The notes under the pieces were generated by a model, which did not search any database, had not been told where the DNA came from, and saw only the letters and a program-made list of their open reading frames with translations. A stretch of DNA of 63,175 bases, filler included, from Octopus bimaculoides (taxonomy: Eukaryota): assembly GCF_001194135.2 (NCBI RefSeq). It is 6 parts of 6 records of this genome, joined end to end, with 100 filler letters (N's around TTAATTAATTAA, not from the genome) between each part and the next. Parts side by side here need not be neighbours in the genome. Positions count along the whole stretch, not along the records: positions 49,690 to 53,534 come from NC_068999.1; positions 53,635 to 57,091 come from NC_068987.1; positions 57,192 to 61,765 come from NC_068981.1; positions 61,866 to 63,175 come from NC_069001.1; 2 more parts are not named here. The stretch is one strand, 5' to 3'. Shown piece after piece: positions 51,431-63,175 of this stretch; positions within the stretch are counted from its first letter, which is position 1, and each line of letters opens with the position of its first letter. Position numbers and translations under genes: made by a program.

Positions 51431-53634
51431 ATGTATCCAATTGCTTTTTAAATGCGTTGTGACGTTCATATGAGACGTGTGGTGTGTCTCTACAATGTCT
51501 CGTGTCATGTAACCGGATTATTTTTTATTAGCATTTCGATTTGGTTATTGACAACTGTAGGCCTGCCGGAACATAACAGCCTTCCAGATAAAAAAAAATT
51601 CATTCATAAACCTAGCAACCTACTTAGAAACAAACTTCTTATCTATGGCGCTATTTCCATAAACAACACATATTCTTTTTTTTTTTTTTTTTTNNNNNNN
51701 NNNNNNNNNNNNNNNNNNNNNNNNNNNNNNNNNNNNNNNNNNNNNNNNNNNNNNNNNNNNNNNNNNNNNNNNNNNNNNNNNNNNNNNNNNNNNNNNNNNN
51801 NNNNNNNNNNNNNNNNNNNNNNNNNNNNNNNNNNNNNNNNNNNNNNNNNNNNNNNNNNNNNNNNNNNNNNNNNNNNNNNNNNNNNNNNNNNNNNNNNNNN
51901 NNNNNNNNNNNNNNNNNNNNNNNNNNNNNNNNNNNNNNNNNNNNNNNNNNNNNNNNNNNNNNNNNNNNNNNNNNNNNNNNNNNNNNNNNNNNNNNNNNNN
52001 NNNNNNNNNNNNNNNNNNNNNNNNNNNNNNNNNNNNNNNNNNNNNNNNNNNNNNNNNNNNNNNNNNNNNNNNNNNNNNNNNNNNNNNNNNNNNNNNNNNN
52101 NNNNNNNNNNNNNNNNNNNNNNNNNNNNNNNNNNNNNNNNNNNNNNNNNNNNNNNNNNNNNNNNNNNNNNNNNNNNNNNNNNNNNNNNNNNNNNNNNNNN
52201 NNNNNNNNNNNNNNNNNNNNNNNNNNNNNNNNNNNACACACACACACACACACACAATATTTGTCTATACAGTATGTGATATATACCAGTTATTGTTTTA
52301 TTCACCAGAAAATATATATTATTTTCCATTTCAGCTTGCAAACATTTTCCATTTTTAACCGAAAAATTGAAGTTTTTCCAACCAAAATAATTTTCTTACT
52401 TTTTTATTTTCATGGAAAAGTGTTTTCAAATTTAAAAAAGAAAACATACATTTCAAAATTTTTAAAATTGAAATATTAAAACCTTTCCCCACGGAAATAA
52501 TAGTTGAGTTTTTATTTATTTTTTTTTGAAAAATGCAATTATTAAACATTTGCTAAATTCAATTACAAGTATTTTCCGATTTATGGGCAGAGAATGCTGT
52601 TTAGGTGCAGTCATGGCTCAATGGTAAAATGTTTGTTCCCTAACCACATGGATCCGGGTTCAGTTCCACTGCGTGTCTCTTGGACCAATGCTTTTTATTA
52701 TAGACCCGAGTTGGCCAAAGCCACGTGAATGGATTTGGTAAGTAGAAACATACATATGTATGTGTGTTTGTTCTTGACTACCGGTGTTAGTTTGTTTATT
52801 TCCCCGTAATTCAGTGATTCGGCAAAAAGCGACCTATTAAACATGTTTCAGTCTTTAAACAAAATAAGTACTGCAGTCGATTTGTTTGACTAAAACGCTT
52901 CAAAGCAGTGCTCTAGCATAGCCGGTCCAAGTGAAAGGGGATAAAATATATACAGTCGAGTTAGTCATATTCTTCACTTTTTTTTTTCCCCCCCTGTCAT
53001 CGTCTTGTTCTGCCTCCTTATGTTTTATCAATTACATCTCGTTTATATTGGTTTTAAATTTTTCGCACGAAGCTGGCAGGTTTCGGAAGGGGCTAAGTCG
53101 GTTATATTGACCCCAGTGTTCAACTGGTACTTATTTTATCGACCCCGAAAGAATGAAAAGCAAAGTCGACTTCAGTAGAATTTGAACTCAAAACATGAAG
53201 GCGGACGAAATGCCGCTAAGCATTTTGCCCGGCGTGCTAACGATTCCGCCAGCTCACCGACTTATCGCTCGTTAATCTTGAGTGTGTTTAAAAGCGATAA
53301 GCTGGCAGAATCGTTAGCACGCCGAGCATTCGTCCGTCTGTACGTTCTGAGTTCAAATTCTATCGATGTCGTGTATTGAACTCTTAACCAATATATAACG
53401 AATGTTGTACATTTGTTTAAATAATTAAAAACCGCCAGTCACATGGCATGCATGAATTCTATGTTAACTTGTACGTTTTTGCAATTAAAATAAACGGGGA
53501 AGTGTAATTCTGTTTTAAGTCCTCATTAATAACANNNNNNNNNNNNNNNNNNNNNNNNNNNNNNNNNNNNNNNNNNNNTTAATTAATTAANNNNNNNNNN
53601 NNNNNNNNNNNNNNNNNNNNNNNNNNNNNNNNNN

Positions 53635-53978
53635 CGGTCATAGGATCGCGGTTTCGATTCCCAGACCGGGCGTTGTGAGTGTTTATTGAGCGAAAACACC
53701 TAAAGTTCCACAAGGCTCCGGCAGGGGATGGTGGTGAACCCTGCTTTATTCTTTAACCAAATCTTTCTCTCACTCTTTCTTCTTGTTTCTCTTGTACCTG
53801 TATTTGAAAGGGCCAGCCTTGTCACACTGTGTCACGCTGAATATCCCCGAGAACTACGTTAAGGGTACACGTGTCTGTGGAATGCTCAGCCACTTGCACG
53901 TTAATTTCACGAGCAGGCTGTTCCGTTGATCGGATCAACTGGAACCCTCGACGTCGTAAGCGACGGAGTGCCAACAAC
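53635..53978 (+). mobile_element. tRNA-derived SINE family D
   Basis: gtcataggatcgcggtttcgattcccagacc.ggcgtt.tgagtgtttattgagcgaa head shared with 63073-63175. Confidence 0.75.
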
Positions 53979-54344
53979 ATAATAAAATTTACTGATAGAG
54001 AATTAAGCAGAAAAATTATCCAAAAATATATTATCATATAATTAGCATATCGTTAACTAACATATTTTTCATTAATTTGCATACAATTGGTATGTTTCTG
54101 ACTAATCCTCGTGAAAATACTTGCGCTTCCCAGCCGAGGTTCTGTGGCTGGAAAGCACCGATCTACATTGATCAAAGCTGTTTTGCTCAAGTGAATATTA
54201 CCAGCTCGGGCAAGCTGATCAGTAAGATGTTTGACCAGCTCGGAGTGTGTGTGTGTGTGCGTTCATGCCTGTGTGTGTGCGTTCATGCCTGTGTGTGTGT
54301 GTGTGCGCGCGTTCATATATGCGTGCGTTCATGCCTGTGTGTGT

Positions 54345-54900
54345 GTGAAAGAGAGAGGGAGAAAAGAAAGAGAACGAGAAAAAAAGAGGGGGAGAAANNN
54401 NNNNNNNNNNNNNNNNNNNNNNNNNNNNNNNNNNNNNNNNNNNNNNNNNNNNNNNNNNNNNNNNNNNNNNNNNNNNNNNNNNNNAAAGAGAGAGAAAGAA
54501 AGAGAGTGAGAAAGAGAGAGAGTGAGAGAGAGTGAGAAAGAGAGAGAGAGTGAGAAAGTGAGAGTGAGAAAGAGAGAGAGAGTGAGAAAGAGAGAGAGAG
54601 AGAGAGTGAGAAAGAGAGAGTGAGTGAGAAAGAGAGAGTGAGTGAGAAAGTAAGAGAGAGAGCAGTAATCAGACACAGAAACAGTCTGGCATACAGTAAT
54701 ATTTTAGAGAAAAGAAAAGACTTTGTGTATGTGTGTATGAGAGAGAGAGAGAGAGACTGACAGAGACTGACAGAGACAGCCAGAGAGAAGACAGACAGAC
54801 AGACAGACAGGCAGACAGACAGGCAGGCAGGCAGCCAGGCACACAGACAGACAAAGACAGAAACTGAGACAGCGAATGTATAACACAAACAAAGAAAGAG

Positions 54901-54931
<31 letters not shown>

Positions 54932-54955
54932 GGTGAGAGAGAGGGAGGGAGTGAC
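54345..54955. repeat. Degenerate (GA)n / (GACA)n tract
   Basis: Direct inspection. Confidence 0.9.
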
Positions 54956-54999
54956 AGAAGTAGTGTCTGTCACCACGTATTTATATTAGAAAGTTTGTT

Positions 55000-55590
55000 G
55001 TCGCTTAGCCCAGGAGGGCAGGGATCAAGCAGAGCCTTTTCAGCAAGCAGAGTTTACCTTGGACAATGCTATTTCACGAGTTCCTATTTCTAAGATGATC
55101 CAATATGAATCGAGGGAGGACATTTGACTGCTATTTCTAACAGAACACGTCGCCACAGACGTTTCCTGCATTGGTTCGGAGATGTTACTGTTGCTGGTTG
55201 CTGCTGCTGCTGCTGCTGCTGCTTTTCTTCTCTCTCTTGTTGCTACTTTTGTGTTGCCTCTAGTCAGGACTGATTAAGCAGACCTAAGGTCAACAGCGTT
55301 TCCAGCTGTGCTTGTGATTTGAGGAAGATTTGGCTGTTGTTGCTGGCAAGTTGACTGACAGTGTTAAGGAAAGAGAGAGGGAAAGTGTCTGCGAGATAGA
55401 GTGACAGAGGGGGAAGAAATAGAGAGAGAGAGAGAGTGGGAGGGAAAGAGAGGGAAGAGAAAGGGAGGGAGGGGAGAAACTGAAAGAAAGCTGAAGATTT
55501 AGCTGCTATTTCTAGAAAGCTGAGCGACCACATACAGGCTTCCCTGTTGACTTGTGAGAATAAAAAGAGAAGGTGCAGAGGTTAAAGTGA

Positions 55591-55678
<88 letters not shown>

Positions 55679-55699
55679 GTAGGTAGGTAGGTAGGTAGG

Positions 55700-55730
<31 letters not shown>

Positions 55731-55731
55731 G

Positions 55732-55792
<61 letters not shown>

Positions 55793-56030
55793 GGGGAAGA
55801 GAGAGAGAGAGACTGTGTATAGGTGTGTATGTTATTTCTAATTCAAGGTTAGCCCTGATCGAGCAGAACTATAATGAAAAGCATCCTAGCTATGACCATC
55901 TCATCACATTTTAGGGCTGTTTACTACTACATCAAAGAATATGTCCTTTCTTTAATTAAGACGGCAGAGTTTCTAATAGGAAATATATTTGGCTGTTATT
56001 TCTAGCCAGCAGATCGAACGACTTCATAGA
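55000..56030 (+). mobile_element. Cluster of fragments of another interspersed repeat family (ttagccccagg / gatttggctgctatttctagc motifs)
   Basis: Motifs recur at 21310-21370, 55000-55150, 55290-55530, 55830-56030, 59640-59880 (-) and 62110-62310. Confidence 0.55.
55592..55792. repeat. (GATA/GGTA)n tetranucleotide microsatellite
   Basis: Direct inspection. Related tracts at 15571-15838, 24627-24680 and 49060-49160. Confidence 0.95.
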
Positions 56031-57384
56031 GGTTCTTTCATGTGTATTATGCTTGAGGTGTGTGTATGTGTGTGTATGTGTGTGTATCTGTATGTGTGTG
56101 TATGTTACGTATCTATTTGTTGCGAGATTATATGTGTATGTGTACATAATATGAGTGTGATTTGCTATGATATCGCTTGAGTTGTATACGTATGAAAACG
56201 CACGTGTGCGTGTGTATGCGTGAGTGCATGTGCGTGTGTTGGGTATTTATTTGATAGAAACTGTGCGTGTATGTGTTAATAGAAAGTATATATGCATGTG
56301 TGCGTATTTGATAGAAAGTATGAGAGTGTGTGTGTGTGTGTGTGTGTGTGAGTGTCTGTGAGTGTGTGTGTATTAGAGAGATCTAAATATCTGTGCATAA
56401 GATAGAAAGTATGTATATGTGTGTGTATTTGAAAGTATATGCGCGTGTGTTTATGTGTGTGTACATATTTGATACAAAGTGTATGCGCATGTGTGTGCTT
56501 GTGTGTGTGTGTCGGCGGGAGCGAATACATATATGCACACCAGAGGGATAGAGAGAGAGAAATAGAGAGTAACAGGAGAAAGTCGGAGTGAGAGAGGAAG
56601 TCTATGCAGTAGTGTCCAGTAATAGAGTTAGCCAACGTCCGAAGATCAGCACATTAGCGACATCAGTGATCTTTTTATTCAATGGCCCCAGAAAAACATA
56701 ATAAAAACAAAACTCGCCATTATTGTTTGTTTGCATGTGTGTGTGTATGTATGTATGGATGTGTGTGTGTGTGTTACATATATAATAAATATATACACAT
56801 ACTCACATATATACGTATATGAATGCATTATATATATGAGTATGTGTGCATGCATATTAGAGTTTCTGTGTGTGTGTGTGTGTGTGTTTAAGTGTGCGCG
56901 CGTGCGTGTGTGCATGCTTCTGTATGTGCACAAACAAATGTATGAACAAATGTATAAATAAAATAGATAGATAGGTTTCTTTATTAGCCACACAGGGCTC
57001 AACACAGAGGGGACAAAATACAAATGTAGAGTTTTTTTCTTTTCGAGGGGGGCGAAAACAAAGCAGAAAAAAAACAAAAGTGGGGACAACGNNNNNNNNN
57101 NNNNNNNNNNNNNNNNNNNNNNNNNNNNNNNNNNNTTAATTAATTAANNNNNNNNNNNNNNNNNNNNNNNNNNNNNNNNNNNNNNNNNNNNCTATGATGA
57201 TGATGATAATAAAGAAGTTAATGTGTTCTAAATTTTGGATACAATAAAACTGGAATATGCCTCTGTTATACGGACCAACTTCTATAATTCGATCTGTTGT
57301 GAATTACTGATAGTTGATTAAAGACTGTAATTGAAGAACAAAAATCATCCGTTCTAATATTCATTCTAGGACTTGTATCACTTC

Positions 57385-57575
57385 TGATACCCGCGCAGTT
57401 GTCGAGTGGTACCCGCGCGAGCGGTAACGGCCACTCGGAAGGCCTCCACGACGGTGGAGTAACGATTTTAGGAGGGCGATTGGGACCACGTGGATGAGGA
57501 AGGCGCGATCCAGAGAGGAGTGGACAGCGTGCTGTGACCAGCGGTGTCAAATGGACGCCCGACGGACTGGTTGGT
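57385..57575 (+). mobile_element. RTE-clade LINE 3' end fragment
   Basis: Translation EWYPRER*RPLGRPPRRWSNDFRRAIGTTWMRKARSREEW matches the RTE C-terminal WxPxxxKRPxGRPPxRWxDD...W...A..R..W motif. Confidence 0.8.
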
Positions 57576-60500
57576 CAAGGTGATCAAGATGTTATTCTGA
57601 TATTCAGTTACTTGGGGCTACCTTAGCATGCGGTCTACCGTAGTGCCGGTAGTCTAACCTGTGAAACGACTGATCTGAGTTAAACTACCAGGTGCGTCAA
57701 CTACGCAATAGAAGAGTCGTCAGTTTTAAGTTGACCTTAATCCGGCTCAGGATCAATGTTGCTGACTAAAACATTTGTAAACAGTATCCTAATATGACTT
57801 CAGTCCATTGGTTGCAACTAGTAAAAGAATAGTTGCATGCAAATGTGGCATTGTACACACTGTATTGTATATAATTTCTCTTTAGGTCAATTATGAATAT
57901 TTGATATCAGCCCTTTGAAACGTGAGGTCAATGTTTTTATTCGCTTAACGAAGATAAAGTGAAGCTAAAGATAATGAACAGGCATAAAACGAAAGGTCAC
58001 TCAAACTATATTTTTCTGATTAATTGCCTCGGGTCCTGCTGTTTAATTTGTTTGTATATTTTCCCCTTAAGTTTTTGACAACAAAGCAAAATTGCTGAAA
58101 GATTAAGAAATATATTTTACTTTTCTTAACTATCTTATTTCAGTCATTGGACTGCGGACATGCTGGGGCATCGCCTTGAAGGTTTCTCAATGAAATCGAT
58201 CCCAATACTTTTTTTTTTCAGTTTGTCGGTCTTTTGCCGAACTATGAAGACGTAAATAAATCAACACTGGTTGTCAAGCGGTGGTGGTCACACACACACG
58301 CACACACTACACAGCAGGCTTCTTTCAGTTTCCGTCTACCAAATCCACTGACAAGTCTGGGGCTGTAATAGAAGACTCTTGCCCAAGGTACCGTGCAGTG
58401 GGACTGAACCATGTGGTTGGAAAGCAAACTTCTTACCACTCAGTCACGCCTCTTATTATTTTTACAAATATGAAGTTGCAGGTGCGTAAACTAGAACGAA
58501 ATCGTTTAGTTACGATGCTTACATATGTAATATAGTGAGTCGTTGAAGGACCGTAAATAACTGAGATTATCCTTGCAATTAGATTACAAAACCTCCCTGC
58601 AGATAACTCCATTAATATAAGCTAATTAAGATTTCCGGAGAATAAAATAATGCAGCTAGGCGTGCATCACACATTCTTAAAGTACATGGCGAAATAACGG
58701 AGATGTTTCGACCTTTATAGCGCTCGTCAGCGAAATATTCCAACAAATTGGTTAGACCTAGAAGTTATCAGTATATACTGAAATAGAGGAAAAGTGGTAG
58801 TTGATTTTAAAGTTCTTATCTAATCAGAAGATTACGAAGTTAGACTCAGTTTAATCTAAGTCTTTCAACTCAGTATTTTATACACGCCAGATTACTATAT
58901 TTATTACATTAGAATAAGGCGGTGAGCTGGTCGAATTGTTAGCACGCCGGAAAAATGCTCAGCAGCATTTTGTCCATGTTTATGTTCTGAGCTCAAATTC
59001 CGCCGAGATTGACTTGGCTATTCATCCTTTCAGGGTCGATGAAATAAGTATCCGTTGAGCATGGGTCGATGTAATCGACTGTACCCCTCCCCCAAAATTT
59101 CAGGCCCTCTGAATGGATAGCGCTCTGACTGAGGTGTTTTACATTAGCCTTGATGTTGGTATTCATAATCAGCGTCACTGCTTCCCATTGTATACTGCTG
59201 ATCACTCGATATATTTAATTTCGTTGGAATATATTATTATATCGAGCTTTCCGCTTTTGTTGCTTTTTTTAACACTTGACTCAGTCATTGAATCACGATT
59301 ATGCCGGGGCACTGTTTTGCCTTGAAGGGCTTAGTCGAACAAATCGATCCCAGCACTTATTTTTAAGTATGGCATTTATTCTAGCAATATTTTGCCCAAT
59401 CGCTGAGTTACTAAAACGTAAACAATCCAACACCGGTTGTCAAGCGGCGATGGGACACACACACACAAAGACACAATTACAGCTATCTATCCATACTTCC
59501 ACAATGGTCTTCAACACAGTTTCCATCTACTAAATTTACTTACAGCATTGGTCGGTCCGGGGCTATAGTAGAGGACAAGGTGTCGCGCAGTGCGACTGAA
59601 CCCGAAATCACGTAGATTTCTATTGTATAACATTGTGCGGTCTAAATGTAGCACGTCGTGTAAATGTTTACATGACTTCTTGAGGTCGTTGACCTTCTAA
59701 AAATAGCACCCCAAATCTTTCTTAAATTACATCTTATCGTCTTTAGGAGGGAAAAGAGGGGGAAAAACACATCGATAGAGTTCTGGATACGCTATCTCTG
59801 AAAATAGGAAGAAATGGTCACGACCGCAATGTCTTGGATCATAGGTCTGTTTGATCAAGACTTAGGGCTAAACAACTACAGCTCTTAAAGCAAACCAAAT
59901 ACGAAAAGGGAGTTACTTTCACTGACAGTGCAATTTCTGTTGTTACGAGTTTTTGAACTTAGTTGACAACAATTTCTCAAGTTATCTCGTGACATCCTCC
60001 AAGTTATAAGTAGGCAACAATAAATATTACTTTACATTTTGGTCTATGTTTGCTGAAATGTTTGCTAGTCAGCATGTGCCATGAAATTGGGTTAGTGGAA
60101 TTGTGTGAAGTCTGGTAAAAGCCTTAATGAATTACAACTGATTTAATTTTTTTTATTTGCAAGAAAATATTGAATAAAACGCTATTTCTCCCCCGCCTCC
60201 CAAATACGTGTAATACTATCGTATAAATGAAGTTCTCATTGTGCATATGAATTCATAATATCCGGGTATTTCTGACCAAAATGATAGCTACGGGTAAAGG
60301 AAGACTTATATAAGATTAAAATGCTTAAGTGTGTAATCCATTACCCAAGTATTTCGGATAATTGGAGAGAATACTTAGGTAACGATAGTCTGTGATCTCG
60401 GCAGACAAAATAGTGAATAAATTGCTTGGAAGAATGGAGAGGGAGCTGCACTGGAAAGGCATTTCTGCGGATGGTCATCTTAAATCCGATCTGAGTCGGC

Positions 60501-62400
60501 AGATGCGGAAACTAGGACTTTTTTTTTTATCCCTTCAGGTTTAAAAAGAAATCTATCGGAGGACAGCCGATACCTGTCAGCTTGCGATCCTTGTCGGGTG
60601 AACAAACCTTGGTCTGATGCCGCTATTACAGGTTGCCGTCAGTGAAATTATCGTTGCAAGTTGCTTCGGAAGGGAAAGATTGTGGTATACACGAGGTCTT
60701 TTAGTGTACCGAAGTGAACTCTGTTGTGTGAATGAAAAATAATTACTGTAATCCCGAATGTGAATTTGATTTATCTATTTCATGGTATTTTAATAAAATA
60801 TGACTTTTCTCTTAACTAAAATTGTGACTAGTAACTATTTCCGCTCACCAGTTGACCTATACCTGTTGTTCGAGGGCCACCATTGATTTATATTGTGTCT
60901 TGATGATTCTGCTTCCTGAGAAATACGTCAAGAATACACGTGTCTGTGGAATACTTAGCCTTTTACACGATGCTACAATGAGTTGGGTGTGAGAACATCG
61001 GCAATACGCATCGTCGAAACTGACGGAGGATCGATTTATAACTCCGTGCATTTTTTCACTTTTCACTATCTTTTATGTTCATGATGTATTCGTCAATGAT
61101 GTTGCTCGATCGAAAGAATGCCGTATTTTGTATATTACTGACTATAAGAAGCCCTTTCCTAATTTGTGGCATTGTGCCAATGTGAAAATTGTTCTAGTTG
61201 AAAATAGGTTGACCCTGTTACGTATCTCAAACACTTGTTTGAGTATTGTTGTTTTGTACTTATAATCTTAGCTGTTTATAATTAGCACACGCCTCGATGT
61301 TCTATATTATACATTCATATAAACGTGTGTGCGTGTGTGTTGGCGTTCATAGTTGTTGACGATCATAACACAAACATATGCGATGACTTGTTATTTTAGT
61401 GAACGTAAACAAGCTTATTTTTCGTTGAAAACTTCTCCCTCACAAAAACACATTTCAAGGAGCTTTTATCTCGATGTAACTCTACAATATCACTCTTTAC
61501 GTTGATAGTACAGATAGACTGTACTATCAACTATCTTCGCTAATTATGGTAGTGATATTGACGAAACATAATTTGACACACAAAATATATTTTTTCCTAT
61601 TCTTTTTTTCTTTTTGTAATAAACATGATTTTAACCCCAATGATAAAAGTATCTCTCTTAAAAAAAAAAATTAAATCTGGTATCGATCTGATTGTTTATT
61701 TTTTCGTAGTAAAGCTAAAATTGTGTGCCGAGATGAAAAATTTGTGACAAAAATAAAAAAAAAATNNNNNNNNNNNNNNNNNNNNNNNNNNNNNNNNNNN
61801 NNNNNNNNNTTAATTAATTAANNNNNNNNNNNNNNNNNNNNNNNNNNNNNNNNNNNNNNNNNNNNGAAGTGGGTTGTAGAAGTGGCGGTGGTGCTACTGG
61901 TGAAAGCAGTAGTAGTGGTAGTGGTGGTGGTGGTGAAGGTGGTGGTGGTGGATGTGGTGGTGAAGGTGGTGGTGGTGGTTGTGAAATGACCGGTGACAAT
62001 GTTGTTGTTGTTATTTTTTATTATTGTTGCAATTTTTATTCTTCTTGTTCTTGTTTTTGTTGCTATTTCGGCGGTTGTTGTTTTCGTTGCTGTCATTTTT
62101 GTATGTTTTTAGTCTCCAGATCAGTCTTTAGTCAGCAAACTACAATAGAAGACATCCCAGCCTCGACCACCCTGCCTGTTAATCAGTTGCAGTATATCTA
62201 GGACAACGTTGTCTAATGTGTCCTTCCGTTCTTTGTACATGTGTGTTTGATTTCGCTGAGATTTGGCCACTATCTCTAGCTGGATGCGTGACCACATAGA
62301 AGGCTACCTGCCCCTCATTTGTTACAATCTACCTTCTTCTACTACTGCTCCTCCTCCTCCTCCTCCTACTACTACTACTATTACAACTACTACTATTACA

Positions 62401-62437
<37 letters not shown>

Positions 62438-63072
62438 AGCCAATGGATTGGCGGAATCAGTAGAGTGTCAGACAAAATACTTTGTAGTATATACTTACGT
62501 CTGGTCGCATCCTGAGCTCAAATCTCACCGAAGTCACTTTTACTTTTTTATTTTTCCCAGCGGCCAAAGGGGGATCAAATGGCGAAGGCGTTAGAACATC
62601 GAAGAGAACCTCACGTTGTATACCTGTTGCGTCACTCTATGTCTTGTGTTCAAATCCCACCAACGTGAATGTTGTCTTTCTCTCCGGAGTCGATGAATTA
62701 AGTCATCAACCCGGGTTGATGAGTTGACGGAATTGCCAAGGCATAGGATAAGGACGGGATTGCTTTGTAGTCATTACTCCGGTTCAGTTCTGTACGTTCT
62801 AACTTGAAATACCACAGATGACCTCGGTGGCTTGTCACCGGTGGCTTGTCGCTGTCGTCGTCGACATCATCATCATCATCGTCGTCATTATTATTGTTAA
62901 GGCGGAATCGTAAGCACACCGGATAAGACGCTTAGTGGCACTAATTGGGAAAGACGTAACGGGTGGAGGGGGATTGTGAACCCTCCGTTACTGTTACAGA
63001 CTCCCTCTGGCGATGATGATCACGGTGGCTGGAATGCGTCTTATCGGTTATATCTGTCCTCTCTGTGGAGTG

Positions 63073-63175
63073 GAGGCGCAGTGGTTAGGGCAACGGACTC
63101 GCAGTCATAGGATCGCGGTTTCGATTCCCAGACCAGGCGTTATGAGTGTTTATTGAGCGAAGACACCTAAAAAAG
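63073..63175 (+). mobile_element. SINE family D 5' end (truncated by window edge)
   Basis: ggaggcgcagtggttagg (A-box-like) ... ggtttcgattccc (B-box-like); matches 53635 onward. Confidence 0.75.

Noticed and set aside
60520-60660. Possible plus-strand exon after ttttttttatcccttcag
   Set aside because: Short frames with no recognisable domain or partner exon.
1-63175. CRISPR arrays, functional tRNA genes, prokaryotic operons or defence systems
   Set aside because: None seen. The tRNA-like A/B boxes belong to SINE heads, and the sequence is intron-containing eukaryotic DNA.

Overview
Eukaryotic, AT-rich draft-assembly window, dense in microsatellites and transposable elements. The repeat families (tRNA-derived SINEs, R4/Dong, RTE, L1/Tx1, CR1/L2, hAT, Tc1/mariner) point to an octopus or other coleoid genome; this is an inference. 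One host protein-coding gene can be reconstructed: a 3-exon minus-strand gene (14115-14237, 10678-10966, 8468-9144; 362 aa; canonical GT-AG sites with matching phases). It encodes a secreted protein: signal peptide, then a shortened AA15 LPMO-like (chitin-binding type-4) domain that appears to lack the copper histidine brace, then three identically spaced 6-Cys modules with a Thr/Pro-rich linker. Its first intron holds a divergent 28S rRNA fragment with compensatory stem substitutions. Other notable items: a complete 3.2 kb hAT transposon relic with TIRs and an 8-bp TSD, R4/Dong fragments embedded in (AAT)n tracts, four diverged same-orientation copies of an unexplained ~200 bp element at 22-26.8 kb, and several foldback/MITE-like inverted repeats. 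Most ORFs in the supplied track are artefacts of microsatellites, SINEs or N-gaps. Five N44-TTAATTAATTAA-N44 linkers show the window is stitched from several scaffolds. Repeat boundaries were estimated by eye.
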